Shown piece after piece: positions 39,849-53,222 of a DNA stretch of 64,000 nucleotides. The position numbers and the translations under genes were made by a program. The DNA comes from Roseibacillus sp. (GTDB lineage: Bacteria > Verrucomicrobiota > Verrucomicrobiia > Verrucomicrobiales > Akkermansiaceae): the NCBI GenBank assembly GCA_965242925.1, contig CBDEUM010000038.1, positions 32,001 to 96,000 on the forward strand. The letters run 5' to 3'. How positions within the stretch are numbered: position 1 is the stretch's first letter; each line of letters opens with the position of its first letter. The notes under the pieces were generated by a model that saw only the letters and a program-made list of their open reading frames with translations, was not told the origin of the DNA and did no database searches.

Positions 39849-42149
39849 ATGATTGATGAGATCAGTCAGCGTCTTCTCGATCGAACCTGTCCGATGCGGA
39901 TTCATCTGCTGGGGGTGGCGGGGTCGGGTATGAGCGGCCTGGCGGCCCTCCTCCTTGAAATGGGGCACAGGGTGAGCGGATCGGACCGGGTCACCAGCCG
40001 CGAGACCGAGCGCCTGCAGTTGCTGGGCCTGTCGTTTTCCTCCCCCCACTCTGCGGAGGCGGTTTCCGATGTGGAGGTGGTTGTTTATTCCTCGGCGATC
40101 AAGCCCGATAACGTGGCTCTGGTGGCGGCGGACCGGGCAGGGATCCCGTCTGTCCGTCGGGCCGAGTGCCTGGCGGCCATCCTGCAGACCCGGAAGGGCG
40201 TGGTGGTTTCCGGTACGCACGGAAAGACCACCAGCTCGGCCATGTGCGCGCACGTGCTGAAGAAAAGCGGAAGGGCCATATCGCACTACGTGGGGGCGGA
40301 AATTCCAGTTTTGGGGGCAAATGCCCACTGGGACGAGGAGAGCGATTACCTCGTGGCGGAAGGAGATGAGAGCGACGGCACCCTGGCCCTGTACCGACCT
40401 TCACATGCCATCGTGCTCAACATCGAGGCAGAGCATCTGGACTTTTACAACAATCTCGAGGAAATTGTGGAAGTCTTCCGGACCCTGCTGGAGCAGACCT
40501 CGGAGAAGATCATTTACTGTGCGGAGAACGTTACGGCACGAGAACTTTGCAGCGGGCGTGAAGGAGCTCTTTCATATGGATGGGATGATGCTGACTTTAC
40601 GGCCTCCGATGTGACCGAGGGGCGCGGGGTGATCTCCTTCACGGTGTGGCGGCGGAGCGAGAAACTGGGGCGGGTGGAACTCGGCATTCCGGGACGGCAC
40701 AATGTTCTCAATGCGCTGGCGGCCATTGCGCTGGCTGACGACCTGGGGGTGGATTTCAGCCTGGTGGCGCGTTCCCTGGCCTCCTTTGCGGGAGCAAAGC
40801 GCCGCTTTGAGTCTGTCTACCTCTCCTCGCGCTTTCGCATTATTGACGACTATGGGCATCACCCGACCGAGATCGAAGCGACCCTGCAGACGGCGCATTC
40901 ACTGGAGCCGGAACGAATTGTTGTGCTCTTCCAACCGCACCGGTATTCCCGGACGCAGCAACTGGCGGAGGAGTTTGGAGTGGTGTTGCAGGACGCGGAT
41001 ATTGTTTTTGTGACGGACGTCTATCCGGCCAGCGAGGCACCCATTGAGGGTGTGAGCGGCAGGACGATCGTGGAGGCGGTGGAGCGCCATGGGAACACCA
41101 AGTGTGTATACCACCAAGACCTTACGACTGCCCATCACGTGGTCGGCAATTCGCTGCAACCGGGAGACCTTCTCATCACTCTGGGGGCAGGAAATGTGCA
41201 TGAAGCGGGAAGGAAGATTGCGGATGACCTGGTCCTGTTGGAGGCGTTACGGAGTGAGTTTGACGAGGGAAAGCTGGAGGCCCGACTCTACGAGGCGATG
41301 CGGCGGCACACCACCATGCTGGTAGGAGGACCAGCCCAGTTCTGGGTGGAACCACGGACTTTTCCGGCTTTCGGGCGGGCAGTCGCTTTTTTTAAAGAAC
41401 GGGGTGTTCCGGTGCGCGTGGTGGGACGGGGTTCAAACCTTCTGATCCGTGACGGGGGCATTCGCGGGGCCGTTATTCATCCGGCCAAGGGCGAGTTTGG
41501 CGAAGTAACGGTGGAGGCTGAACTGCTTACCGCCGGGGCGGGAGCGCGCTTAAAGAAGGTGGCCAGTGTGGCGGAGGCTGCGGGACTGGGAGGTTTTGCC
41601 TGGATGGAGGGTATCCCCGGCAATGTGGGTGGAGGTTTGCGTATGAACGCTGGGGCAATGGGGTTGGAGACATTTGACCAGGTGGTGAGCGTGATGTTCC
41701 TCGACGAGGACGGCGAGATCCGTACCCGTTCGCGTGGTGAGATTGAGGCCTTCTACCGCAATGTCCCCAAACTCCATCGCAACTATGCCTTGCAGGTGAT
41801 CTTTCGCGGGATACCGGCCGGGATGGAGGAAATCCGCGAGGAGATGTCAGAATCCAGAAATCATCGCCGCAGCACCCAGCCGGTGGCAGCCAGTGCGGGT
41901 TGCATCTTCAAGAATCCCGATAGGATCGGGGCCGGACAACTCATTGACGAACTGGGATTGAAGGGCAAGAGGGTCGGACAAGCCGAGGTTTCGGCCGAGC
42001 ATGGAAACTTCATTGTAAACCGGGGGAAGGCCGAAGCCAGCGATGTGCTCCGGCTTATTGGTGAACTGAAGGCGGAAGTGAAGGAGAAGCGGGGGATCGA
42101 CCTGGAAACGGAAGTTCAGATCCTGGGGGAGGACCAGGTGAGCTTTTGA
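39849..42149 (+). CDS. murC: Bifunctional MurC-MurB fusion
   Basis: MurC: GSGMSGLA, GTHGKTTS, EGDESD, DDYGHHPTE, FQPHRY. MurB: GRGSNLL, GIPGNVGG..MNAGA, SAGCIFKNP, HGNFIVN. Confidence 0.93.
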   Translation: MIDEISQRLLDRTCPMRIHLLGVAGSGMSGLAALLLEMGHRVSGSDRVTSRETERLQLLGLSFSSPHSAEAVSDVEVVVYSSAIKPDNVALVAADRAGIPSVRRAECLAAILQTRKGVVVSGTHGKTTSSAMCAHVLKKSGRAISHYVGAEIPVLGANAHWDEESDYLVAEGDESDGTLALYRPSHAIVLNIEAEHLDFYNNLEEIVEVFRTLLEQTSEKIIYCAENVTARELCSGREGALSYGWDDADFTASDVTEGRGVISFTVWRRSEKLGRVELGIPGRHNVLNALAAIALADDLGVDFSLVARSLASFAGAKRRFESVYLSSRFRIIDDYGHHPTEIEATLQTAHSLEPERIVVLFQPHRYSRTQQLAEEFGVVLQDADIVFVTDVYPASEAPIEGVSGRTIVEAVERHGNTKCVYHQDLTTAHHVVGNSLQPGDLLITLGAGNVHEAGRKIADDLVLLEALRSEFDEGKLEARLYEAMRRHTTMLVGGPAQFWVEPRTFPAFGRAVAFFKERGVPVRVVGRGSNLLIRDGGIRGAVIHPAKGEFGEVTVEAELLTAGAGARLKKVASVAEAAGLGGFAWMEGIPGNVGGGLRMNAGAMGLETFDQVVSVMFLDEDGEIRTRSRGEIEAFYRNVPKLHRNYALQVIFRGIPAGMEEIREEMSESRNHRRSTQPVAASAGCIFKNPDRIGAGQLIDELGLKGKRVGQAEVSAEHGNFIVNRGKAEASDVLRLIGELKAEVKEKRGIDLETEVQILGEDQVSF

Positions 42150-42300
42150 AGGCTCCCCGGAGGTCGCATGGTTGGGCATTGACCTGCCCGGCCGGTGGTT
42201 TCCAGGGTTTAATTGACCGATATTATTGCTATCGACCTGCGTCCACCTCTGAGGATACAGGGCGATCGAGTGCCGCTTCATCGTGGGAATCCCAAAGCAC

Positions 42301-42329
42301 TGGACCGTGTGGGTCGGGTCTTTTATGAT
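42301..42329 (+). promoter_or_regulatory. Possible internal promoter for ddl-ftsQAZ
   Basis: TGGACC-N17-TATGAT ending 11 nt before the ddl ATG, in a ~190-bp gap. Confidence 0.4.
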
Positions 42330-42340
42330 GTTGCCGTGCC

Positions 42341-43279
42341 ATGGATGAGTCGGTGTTGATTGCAGTGTTGATGGGGGGCCCGGGATCGGAGCGGGAGGTG
42401 TCGCTGAGCTCAGGGCAGGCCGTGCTGGAAGCCCTGCTGGGAGAGGACCTCACGGCGGTGGGAGTGGATGTGATTGATACCACACCGGCCCTTCCGAAAG
42501 GTGCCGGTCTGGCCTTCAATGTCATTCATGGAACCTTCGGGGAAGACGGCGTTCTGCAGGCCTATCTGGAGGATCTGGGGGTGCCTTACACGGGAGCGGG
42601 ACGGGTGAGCAGTGAACTGGCCTTTGACAAGGTGGCGAGCAAGGCGCGCTTTGTGGAGGAGGGGATCCCGACTCCCGCCTCCGAGATCGTGAATGTCGCC
42701 GGTGGAGTGGCGCTCCCGATGATGAAGCTTCCGTGCGTGGTGAAGCCGCCGCGGGAGGGGTCCAGCGTGGGGGTTCACATCGTGCACACGCCGGAAGAGG
42801 CGCGGGTAGCAATGGAGGATGCGGCGCGGTTTGGCGACGAGGTCCTGGTCGAACAATTCGTGGAGGGGAAGGAACTGACGGTTGGAATCGTGGGGGAAGA
42901 GGTCTTTCCGATCGTGCACATCGTCCCGCGGGAGGGCTTCTATGACATGAGTAACAAATACCCCTGGATGAGCGGGGAAGGGGGAACGGATTACTATTGC
43001 CCGGCCAATTTAGACGGAAAAACCACCAAAATTGTACAGGATGCGGCCTTGGCCGCCCACCGGGCGCTTGGAATTGAGGTTTACTCCCGGGTCGATATCC
43101 TGCTAGATTCCTTAAGTAATCCTTACATTTTGGAAGCTAATACGATTCCCGGAATGACGGCGAGCAGCCTTCTGCCGAAGGGTGCCGCGGCGGCCGAGCC
43201 AGGTTATGGCTTTGGAGCGCTTTGCCGTCGGATCGGAGAGCTTTCTCTATCCCTACGCAGAACCGATGCCCCGTCGTAA
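42341..43279 (+). CDS. ddl: D-alanine--D-alanine ligase
   Basis: GGPGSEREVS, HGTFGEDG, EGSSVG, EANTIPGMT. Confidence 0.95.
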   Translation: MDESVLIAVLMGGPGSEREVSLSSGQAVLEALLGEDLTAVGVDVIDTTPALPKGAGLAFNVIHGTFGEDGVLQAYLEDLGVPYTGAGRVSSELAFDKVASKARFVEEGIPTPASEIVNVAGGVALPMMKLPCVVKPPREGSSVGVHIVHTPEEARVAMEDAARFGDEVLVEQFVEGKELTVGIVGEEVFPIVHIVPREGFYDMSNKYPWMSGEGGTDYYCPANLDGKTTKIVQDAALAAHRALGIEVYSRVDILLDSLSNPYILEANTIPGMTASSLLPKGAAAAEPGYGFGALCRRIGELSLSLRRTDAPS

Positions 43280-44207
43280 GACCTCCCGAGTCAATCTTCC
43301 CAGTCCTGAGCGCCGACTGCACCTGAGGGTCAGTTCGCCGCGTATCGTGTGCTTCAGCTGCCTGCGTCATCTCAGGCGTTCGTGCAAGTTACTGCTGGCA
43401 GGAGCACTCCTGGCAGGGGTTGGTTGGGGCGTCCAGGAGGGCCTGCGGGAGTTTTTTATCGAGAACAACGAGTTCCGGCTCCGGTATGTGGATCTGGAGA
43501 CCAATGGGGAAATGACTGCAGAGCACTTCGGCGAGTTGACCGGACTCGATCCGGATTCCAGCATCTTCGGGTTCGATTTGCGGAAACTGAAGGAGCAACT
43601 CCTGGAACGCCCCGGCATCGAGAGGGTGGAACTGGGTCGACGTCTTCCCGGGACCTTGCGAGTGAAGGTGGAGGAGCGAAAGCCTATTGCGTGGTTGGAA
43701 TGCCGTCCGTTGGGGATTATCGGCAGAAACCCTGTCGCTGGAATCCTCCTCGACAAAAGCGGGGTCTGCTTCCCCTGTGATGCCTGGTGGGAAGAGAAGG
43801 CCGGTCTTCTGCCCGTCCTGCTGGTGAGCCAGGTGGAAGAGGGTGATATCACGATCGGGAAGGAAATTCGCCATCACCAGGCGCGGCGGGGACTGGAACT
43901 GATCAGGCTTGCACAGGAGAAATTGGGAGAGGCGGAATGGTCGCTGCCGGTGGTTGCGGTGCGGAATGACTATTCCCTGGAAGCGATCACCAACACAGGT
44001 GTGCTGGCCACCTTCGGGATGCATGATCACAAGGAGCAACTCGAAAATCTCATCACCCTGCTTCGCGTTACCGCAAAGGAGGGGGAATCGATGGCAATGG
44101 TGAACCTGATTCCCAGGCGCAATATTCCGGTGGTGACCAGCGGGTCGGCAGCGCCTGTGCCGCAGAGTCGCCTGCAGCGGGATATTCAGTTACTCCTCCG
44201 GCAGTAA
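43266..44207 (+). CDS. ftsQ: Cell division protein FtsQ/DivIB
   Basis: TM followed by POTRA-like region and RRLPGTLRVKVEERKPIA; position. Confidence 0.85.
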   Translation: MPRRKTSRVNLPSPERRLHLRVSSPRIVCFSCLRHLRRSCKLLLAGALLAGVGWGVQEGLREFFIENNEFRLRYVDLETNGEMTAEHFGELTGLDPDSSIFGFDLRKLKEQLLERPGIERVELGRRLPGTLRVKVEERKPIAWLECRPLGIIGRNPVAGILLDKSGVCFPCDAWWEEKAGLLPVLLVSQVEEGDITIGKEIRHHQARRGLELIRLAQEKLGEAEWSLPVVAVRNDYSLEAITNTGVLATFGMHDHKEQLENLITLLRVTAKEGESMAMVNLIPRRNIPVVTSGSAAPVPQSRLQRDIQLLLRQ

Positions 44208-44258
44208 AAAGAAATGTTCATCGAGGACACTTGGGATTAGGACTGGCAGGGAAGGAAA

Positions 44259-45476
44259 ATGTCTAAGTCTCGCATTCACGTCGGCCTTGAGATCGGAACC
44301 ACCAAGACGGTGATGGTGGTGGCGGAGGTGAAACCCGATGGATCAGTCAAGGTTCTCGGACTGGGAGAGACCCGCTCGGCGGGCGTCCGCAAGGGGGAGA
44401 TCACCGACTACCCACAGGTGCGCGCCTGTGTGAAGGCGGCTCTCCTTGAGGCGGAGGACATGAGTGATGTCGATATCAGCAGTGTGTTTCTGGCAGTCAC
44501 CGGCCCCCACATAGAGGGGGCAAACAACCGCGGAACTTACCGACTGCCGGAAGGAGAGCCGGAGATCCGTCCCCGCCATGTTGAGGAGGTGAAGGATATT
44601 GCGAGCGATATCGCCATCCCCAGTGAGCATGTCTACCTCCATAGCCTGATCCGTCATTATATCGTGGACGGGCAACCCCACGCCACCATGCCGGTGGGCT
44701 TGCTGGGCAAGACTCTCGATGCGGAGTTTCATATCGTCCACGGAGTTCGCACCCGCGTCCAGAACAGCATCAAGTGTGCGCGGGAAATCCCTCTCGACGT
44801 GGATGATGTGGTCTTTGCTCCCATTGCTTCGGCCCAAATCGCCCTTGACCGGAAGCGCAAGGAGGCGGGGGCCCTGGTGGTGGATATCGGTGGAGGAACC
44901 ACCGACTACGTGCTCTATGTCGACGGCGCGATCCTTGCTTCAGGTTGCATTCCGGTGGGAGGCGACCATGTCACCAACGATATTCACCTTGTTACTCACA
45001 TTCCTCTTTCGAAGGCTGAGCAGGTCAAGAAAACCGAGGGGGACGCCTCGGGGGATCCTGCGAAATGCGAGGGAGTGGTCAGAATTCCTGATGAAGGCGG
45101 GTTCCCGGAGGTGGAAATCAAGAGGCAGATTCTAAATGATGTGATCCGCATGCGCCTCCAGGAAACGTTGGAACTGGTAAAAGATCGCCTGCCGGAGGGT
45201 GGCCTGACCCGGGTGGGGACGGGGGTGTTCCTGACAGGAGGATCCAGCCTGATGAAGGGCCTCGGTGAACTGGCCTGCGATGTGTTTGATCTGCCGGTCT
45301 ACCGACCGGAGAGTCCGGAGGTCAGCGGGGTGCACGCGTATTTTAAGGATCCGCAATACTCAACAGCTCTTGGATTAATTCGCTACGCGCAAATTCTGGA
45401 GGAAGAGCGCCCACATTCCCCCGGTCTGGGGAAGGTGGGCGGTTTTTTGCGTTCGCTCTGGCCATTTGGGGGCTAA
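44259..45476 (+). CDS. ftsA: Cell division protein FtsA
   Basis: GLEIGTTK, DIGGGTT, GGDHVTNDI, LTGG, C-terminal amphipathic helix. Confidence 0.95.
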   Translation: MSKSRIHVGLEIGTTKTVMVVAEVKPDGSVKVLGLGETRSAGVRKGEITDYPQVRACVKAALLEAEDMSDVDISSVFLAVTGPHIEGANNRGTYRLPEGEPEIRPRHVEEVKDIASDIAIPSEHVYLHSLIRHYIVDGQPHATMPVGLLGKTLDAEFHIVHGVRTRVQNSIKCAREIPLDVDDVVFAPIASAQIALDRKRKEAGALVVDIGGGTTDYVLYVDGAILASGCIPVGGDHVTNDIHLVTHIPLSKAEQVKKTEGDASGDPAKCEGVVRIPDEGGFPEVEIKRQILNDVIRMRLQETLELVKDRLPEGGLTRVGTGVFLTGGSSLMKGLGELACDVFDLPVYRPESPEVSGVHAYFKDPQYSTALGLIRYAQILEEERPHSPGLGKVGGFLRSLWPFGG

Positions 45477-45507
45477 GTCCTCTTACTTGGTCTGCAGTAG
45501 TCCCGTC

Positions 45508-47298
45508 ATGATTCCCTACGAGAGAACTCGCCAGCAGACCATCCCGAACTCGGCCGTCAAGATCATCGGAGTAGGAGGTGCCGGTGCCAACATGTTGGAC
45601 CGTATTGCTCTTGATGGCATGGAAGGAGCTGAGCTCCTCGCCTGCAATACCGATGTAAGAACCCTGACCAGTTCAGTCGCTCCGGAGAAGATCCAACTTG
45701 GCCGAAACCTGACCAAGGGACTTGGATCCGGAGGTGATCCGGCGCTTGGTAATCAGGCTGGGCAGGAGGCGGAACTTGAGATCCGGGACGCGTTGCGCGA
45801 TCGCAAGATCATCTTCATCTGCGTGGGCCTGGGGGGAGGCACCGGTTCAGGAGCTGCGCCCCTGGTGGCTCGACTGGCCCGCGATGAGGGGGCCTTTACG
45901 GTGGTCTTTGCCACCACCCCATTCAATTTCGAGGGCAAGCGTCGGCGGGACCAGGCAGAGGCCGCCCTCACTGAACTCTCGGTGCTGGCCAACGCCCTTA
46001 TCACCTTTGACAACACGCGAATGGGAGAACTCGTGCTTGCCAAGCAGGGTGTACACGAAGCCTTTTCCGCGGCCGACCGGATGATCTCGGAGAGCATCCG
46101 GGCGGTTACCAGGATCGTGATGCGTCCGGGCCTGGTGAATATCGGTCTGGACGACCTGATGGCGGCTCTGAGTTCACCCAAATCGCGCTGCCTCTTCGGA
46201 TCGGGTATCGCACACGGGGAGAATCGGTCCCAGCAGGCACTCAAGAACGCGCTGGTCAGTCCGCTTCTCGATCGTGGCAGCCTCCTTCATGATACCGATA
46301 CGGTTCTTGTCCATGTCTGCGGTGGCGAGGACATGACGCTCTACGAACTGGAGTTGCTCATGCGAGGATTGAGCAAGCACGTGCCCGAGACCGCCCAGAT
46401 CCTCTTTGGAACATCGGTGGATCCGGCCATGGCGGAAGCATTGAGCGTCACCCTGGTGAGTTCACTTCCGGAAGAACGCCTCCTGGCGGACCTTGGAACG
46501 GAGCGCGACGATGCTCCTTCCGCCCAGGCCGATCCGGAGGAGAACGGAGGTGCTGATCCCCCGGATGAACCGGATGAGGGCGAGGATGCAAAGGAGTCGT
46601 CGCCACCCGTTCGGGAGCCTCTGGCTGAACTGGATCCTTTTTCCGAGGCCGATCTCGACATCCTGCCAGAGCGGAGCTCGACGCCGGAGTTCGAAGAAGG
46701 GGAGGGCAGCGTCCCCGTCCCGGTGGTCCCGGAGGACGCCGGGAATGAAGAACTGAAACCGTCTTACAAGGGTGACCTGAAAAAGGGGCGCAGTGGCCGC
46801 AAGCCCCGGTTGAAGGTAAAAAAGAATAGATCGCAGGAGGAGGACGAGCCCGTGAAGGTTCTTCCCGTTTCTCCCAATATCGCTTCCAACGTTACCATGC
46901 GGGTGAAGCTGCCGACCCGTTCCGACGCGTCCCCGGCTGATGATGTCCCTGACCCTTCGAAGGAGATGAATCCTGATGCGGATACGGGAGAGACTCGATC
47001 GCGACCGATCGCGATCGAGGCCGTGCCCAATCTGGGCGAAACGGGGGAGTCGATTGATCTGGGGGCAGAGGGTGGCGAGATCACCTCCTTTGAGGAGGTG
47101 GAGCCAGTGGAGGGGGAGGGTCTCTCTCCCATCGAGCTGGGATCGCTGGAGGAAATCCAGGCCTCGGCTCAGGCCAAGAGGCCGCAGGGAGAACTAGCCC
47201 TCGATGGCGGGCCCAAAGGCAAGTTTGACGGGGAGGACCCGAATCTCATCGAAGGCGAGGATCTCGATATTCCGCCTTTCCTGCGGAACAAGAAATGA
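45508..47298 (+). CDS. ftsZ: Cell division protein FtsZ with long acidic linker
   Basis: GVGGAG, NTD, GLGGGTGSG, PFNFEG, C-terminal EDLDIPPFLR. Confidence 0.93.
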   Translation: MIPYERTRQQTIPNSAVKIIGVGGAGANMLDRIALDGMEGAELLACNTDVRTLTSSVAPEKIQLGRNLTKGLGSGGDPALGNQAGQEAELEIRDALRDRKIIFICVGLGGGTGSGAAPLVARLARDEGAFTVVFATTPFNFEGKRRRDQAEAALTELSVLANALITFDNTRMGELVLAKQGVHEAFSAADRMISESIRAVTRIVMRPGLVNIGLDDLMAALSSPKSRCLFGSGIAHGENRSQQALKNALVSPLLDRGSLLHDTDTVLVHVCGGEDMTLYELELLMRGLSKHVPETAQILFGTSVDPAMAEALSVTLVSSLPEERLLADLGTERDDAPSAQADPEENGGADPPDEPDEGEDAKESSPPVREPLAELDPFSEADLDILPERSSTPEFEEGEGSVPVPVVPEDAGNEELKPSYKGDLKKGRSGRKPRLKVKKNRSQEEDEPVKVLPVSPNIASNVTMRVKLPTRSDASPADDVPDPSKEMNPDADTGETRSRPIAIEAVPNLGETGESIDLGAEGGEITSFEEVEPVEGEGLSPIELGSLEEIQASAQAKRPQGELALDGGPKGKFDGEDPNLIEGEDLDIPPFLRNKK

Positions 47299-47424
47299 GG
47301 CTTTGAAGTCGAGGGTTTCGCGATCCCCGCGCTTGCATTTGGAGAAAAAAACCGGAGTCTCCCGGCTTCGCTCTACCAGGCCGTGATGGATTGTCATGGC
47401 AGGCGACTCATTGTCAGTTGACCC

Positions 47425-49254
47425 ATGACCGATCATATCCGGAACATCGCGATCATTGCCCATGTCGATCACGGGAAGACGACTCTGGTGGATGAGTTGC
47501 TCAAGGCCGGTGGGGCGGTGGAGGCCCACCAGCAACTTGAGGAGCGCGCCATGGACTCGATGGACCTGGAGCGTGAGAAGGGGATCACGATCAAGGCGAA
47601 GAACACTGCGGTGAAGTGGAGGGAGAATACCATCAACATCGTGGATACGCCCGGCCATGCCGACTTTGGGGGCGAGGTGGAGCGCGTGATGCGCATGGTG
47701 GACGGCGTGCTGCTGGTGGTGGACGCCTTTGAGGGGCCCCAGGCCCAGACCCGCTTCGTCCTGCGCAAGGCGCTGGCTGAAGGTCTTCTGCCGATCCTTG
47801 TCATCAACAAGCTCGACCGGGAGGCGGCTGACCCTCTGGCAGTGCAGGACAGGGTGCTGGAGTTGTTACTGGAACTGGGGGCTACCGAGGATCAGTTCGA
47901 GTTACCCGTGCTCTATGGCAGTGCCAAGGAGGGCTACTTTGTGACAGACCTCGCCGACCAGAAACGCGACAGCGTGGAACCGCTGATCGAAGTCATCCTG
48001 GAACGCGTTCCCCCTCCGCAGGTTGACGCCGGGGCACCCTTTCGCATGCTGGTGAGCAATATCGACTGGGACGATTACGTAGGACGGATCGCCCTGGGCC
48101 GGGTGGAGTCGGGAGAGGTCAGGAAAGGGGACGCGCTCTGGTTGCTGCGCCTGGACGGCAGCACGGTGCACAGCACGATCACCAAGGTGTTTGAGTATGC
48201 CAAGCTGGGCACCCAGGATGCAGCGGTGGGTGAGGCAGGCAACATCGTGGGGTTGGCGGGCTTTGAAGACGTCGACATCGGTGAAACCCTCGCGGCCTCG
48301 GAGCAGGCCGAGGTGCTGCCCTTCGTGGCCATCGATCCCCCTACCGTGCAGATGCAGTTTGCGGTGAACGACGGGCCCTTCGCGGGCCGCGATGGCAGGA
48401 ACGTGACATCCCGGGCAATCTGGGATCGCTTGCAACGGGAAGTGAAGACCAACGTTTCGATTGAAGTGACCGAATCGGAGCAGGCCGGGGTCTTCAACGT
48501 TTCGGCCCGTGGGGCGATGCAGATTGCAGTGTTGGTGGAAACCATGCGACGGGAGAATTACGAAGTGCTTGTCTCCCGTCCCAGGGTCATCACCCACAAG
48601 GAAGACGGAGTCGAAATGGAGCCCTTCGAAACCTTGTATCTTGAGCTCCCCGCAGACATGACGGGCGGCGTGATCCAGATCCTCGCGAATCGCAAGGGGG
48701 TCGTTGAAGTGATGGAGCCGCGTGGAACGATGAGCTACCTGGAGGTGACCATCCCGACGCGTGGATTGATCGGATTCGAGTTCGAATTGATGAACCTCAC
48801 GAGTGGTCATGGGGTCATGTCGCACCTCTTCAAGGACTACAGGCCGGTTGCAGGACGAATCCGCACGCGGATCCAAGGCACCCTGGTCTCGATGGCGACT
48901 GGCACGGCCATGGCCTATTCGCTGGAGAGCCTGGAAGATCGCGGGCGCCTCTTTGTGGGACCCACCGAAGAAATCTACGAGGGACAGATCGTGGGTGAGA
49001 GTGCACGGGCCGGTGACCTTCCGGTCAATCCCACCAAGGCCAAGAACCTCACCAATCACCGCTCGGCGAATAAGACGATCGACGAGGGGTTGAAGCCTCC
49101 GATCAAGATGAGCCTGGAGCGCGCCATCGAGTACATCGAGCCCGATGAGTTTGTCGAAGTGACGCCGAGCATTATTCGGCTCCGCAAACGCATTCTGTGT
49201 CCGCACGAGCGGAAGCGCAACGACAAGGCCGTGGCCGCGGGGGAGGGGGGATAG
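47425..49254 (+). CDS. typA: Translational GTPase TypA/BipA
   Basis: AHVDHGKTT, DTPGHADFGGEVER, NKLD, VEVTP..IRLRK. Confidence 0.96.
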   Translation: MTDHIRNIAIIAHVDHGKTTLVDELLKAGGAVEAHQQLEERAMDSMDLEREKGITIKAKNTAVKWRENTINIVDTPGHADFGGEVERVMRMVDGVLLVVDAFEGPQAQTRFVLRKALAEGLLPILVINKLDREAADPLAVQDRVLELLLELGATEDQFELPVLYGSAKEGYFVTDLADQKRDSVEPLIEVILERVPPPQVDAGAPFRMLVSNIDWDDYVGRIALGRVESGEVRKGDALWLLRLDGSTVHSTITKVFEYAKLGTQDAAVGEAGNIVGLAGFEDVDIGETLAASEQAEVLPFVAIDPPTVQMQFAVNDGPFAGRDGRNVTSRAIWDRLQREVKTNVSIEVTESEQAGVFNVSARGAMQIAVLVETMRRENYEVLVSRPRVITHKEDGVEMEPFETLYLELPADMTGGVIQILANRKGVVEVMEPRGTMSYLEVTIPTRGLIGFEFELMNLTSGHGVMSHLFKDYRPVAGRIRTRIQGTLVSMATGTAMAYSLESLEDRGRLFVGPTEEIYEGQIVGESARAGDLPVNPTKAKNLTNHRSANKTIDEGLKPPIKMSLERAIEYIEPDEFVEVTPSIIRLRKRILCPHERKRNDKAVAAGEGG

Positions 49255-49261
49255 GGGGATC

Positions 49262-51961
<2,700 letters not shown>

Positions 51962-51963
51962 GG

Positions 51964-53058
51964 TCAGGCAGCCGGTTTCCGGGCCAGGCGCGGCGCGTGC
52001 TGCTTGACCGCTTCCGCAATCGCTTCGATGTGGGCCGGGGTGTTGCCGCAGCAGCCACCAACGAGATTGAGCAATCCGGCCTGGGCAAACTCGGAGAGGT
52101 ATTCCGCCATGTGGTGAGGTTCAAGATCGAAGCCGGTGGGCGCAAGGGGATTGGGCAGTCCTGCGTTGGGATAGCAGGAAGTGTAGGCCGCTGCAATGTG
52201 GGCGAGCTGGGCGAGGAAGGGGCGCATGAGATCAGGGCCCAGGGAACAGTTCAGGCCGATCGCGATTGGATCAAGGTGCTGGAAGGTGATCCAGAGGGCC
52301 TCAATTCTCTGTGCGGAGATCATGGTTTCACCCCCGAGCCCAACTGCAGCGGAAATCATGATGGGAATCCGGGCCTCTTCTGCGTCGAAGAGTTCCTGGA
52401 TCGCGACCAGGGCGGCCTTGGCGTTGAGCGAATCGAAGATTGTTTCAACCATCAGGAGATCGCAACCGCCGTCCACCAGGGCTTTCGCTTGTTCGCGATA
52501 GGCCTGTTTCACCTGGTCGAAGGTGACCATCCGAAAGGCGGGATCGTCGTGATCAGTGGCGTTGGTGAGGGAGACCGTAAGGGGGCCGATGGCGCCGGCG
52601 ACATAGCGCTTGATGCCAGTCTCCTCGCCCACGCGATCCGCCCATTGGCGTGCGAGTTTGGCGCTCTCCACATTGATGTCGCGGGCGAGTTCCTGCAGAA
52701 AGGAGTTCCCAAGGATGCCCTGGAAAAACTCCGGGTCCTTGCGCCCACCAGTTGCGCGCGGATCCTCGATGAAGAATTCACTCTGCGAGATTGTGGTCGC
52801 GGAAAAGGTGTTGGTCTCGATGATGTCGGAACCCGCCTCAAGGAAGCGCTTGTGGATGTCGCCAATGGTGTCCGGTTGGGTCAGGGAGAGAATGTCGCCG
52901 TTGTTGAGCAGATCCTTGGGTGCGTCCGCGAAGCGCTTGCCGCGGGCCCCCGCCTCGTCAATCCCGTAGTTCCTGATAGTGGTCCCCATCGCACCATCGA
53001 GGAGGGTGATGCGCGACGCGAAGAGATCGTGGAGTTCGGTGGTGAGGTTGGGTCTCAT
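51964..53058 (-). CDS. metH: Methionine synthase homocysteine-binding half (separate gene)
   Basis: DGAMGT, ETIFD, GLNC, PNAGLP, GGCCG Zn ligands. Confidence 0.92.
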   Translation of the reverse strand: MRPNLTTELHDLFASRITLLDGAMGTTIRNYGIDEAGARGKRFADAPKDLLNNGDILSLTQPDTIGDIHKRFLEAGSDIIETNTFSATTISQSEFFIEDPRATGGRKDPEFFQGILGNSFLQELARDINVESAKLARQWADRVGEETGIKRYVAGAIGPLTVSLTNATDHDDPAFRMVTFDQVKQAYREQAKALVDGGCDLLMVETIFDSLNAKAALVAIQELFDAEEARIPIMISAAVGLGGETMISAQRIEALWITFQHLDPIAIGLNCSLGPDLMRPFLAQLAHIAAAYTSCYPNAGLPNPLAPTGFDLEPHHMAEYLSEFAQAGLLNLVGGCCGNTPAHIEAIAEAVKQHAPRLARKPAA

Positions 53059-53103
53059 CCCGGGGCGACGCTAGCGCGAGAGAGAAACCCACGCAACAAA
53101 CAA

Positions 53104-53127
53104 ATCAACAGATCTCGATATGTTGAT
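53104..53127. promoter_or_regulatory. Palindromic operator upstream of the metH genes
   Basis: ATCAACA-GATCTCGATA-TGTTGAT inverted repeat 45 nt upstream of the 53058 start. Confidence 0.55.
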
Positions 53128-53222
53128 GCGTGATGTAGGCACTGGTTTTCCCTGTTTTTATAGGATAAAGGTAACCGGTCGTCCTAGTTTCGTGAGGAAC
53201 AAGGGCCGTTGAGGGGGCTGAC

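Noticed and set aside
39849..42149. MurC-MurB fusion as a novelty
   Set aside because: Already described in Verrucomicrobia; useful only as a taxonomic clue.
53059..53222. Cobalamin or SAM riboswitch upstream of metH
   Set aside because: No B12-box or SAM core recognised, and the space is short; only the palindrome is supported.
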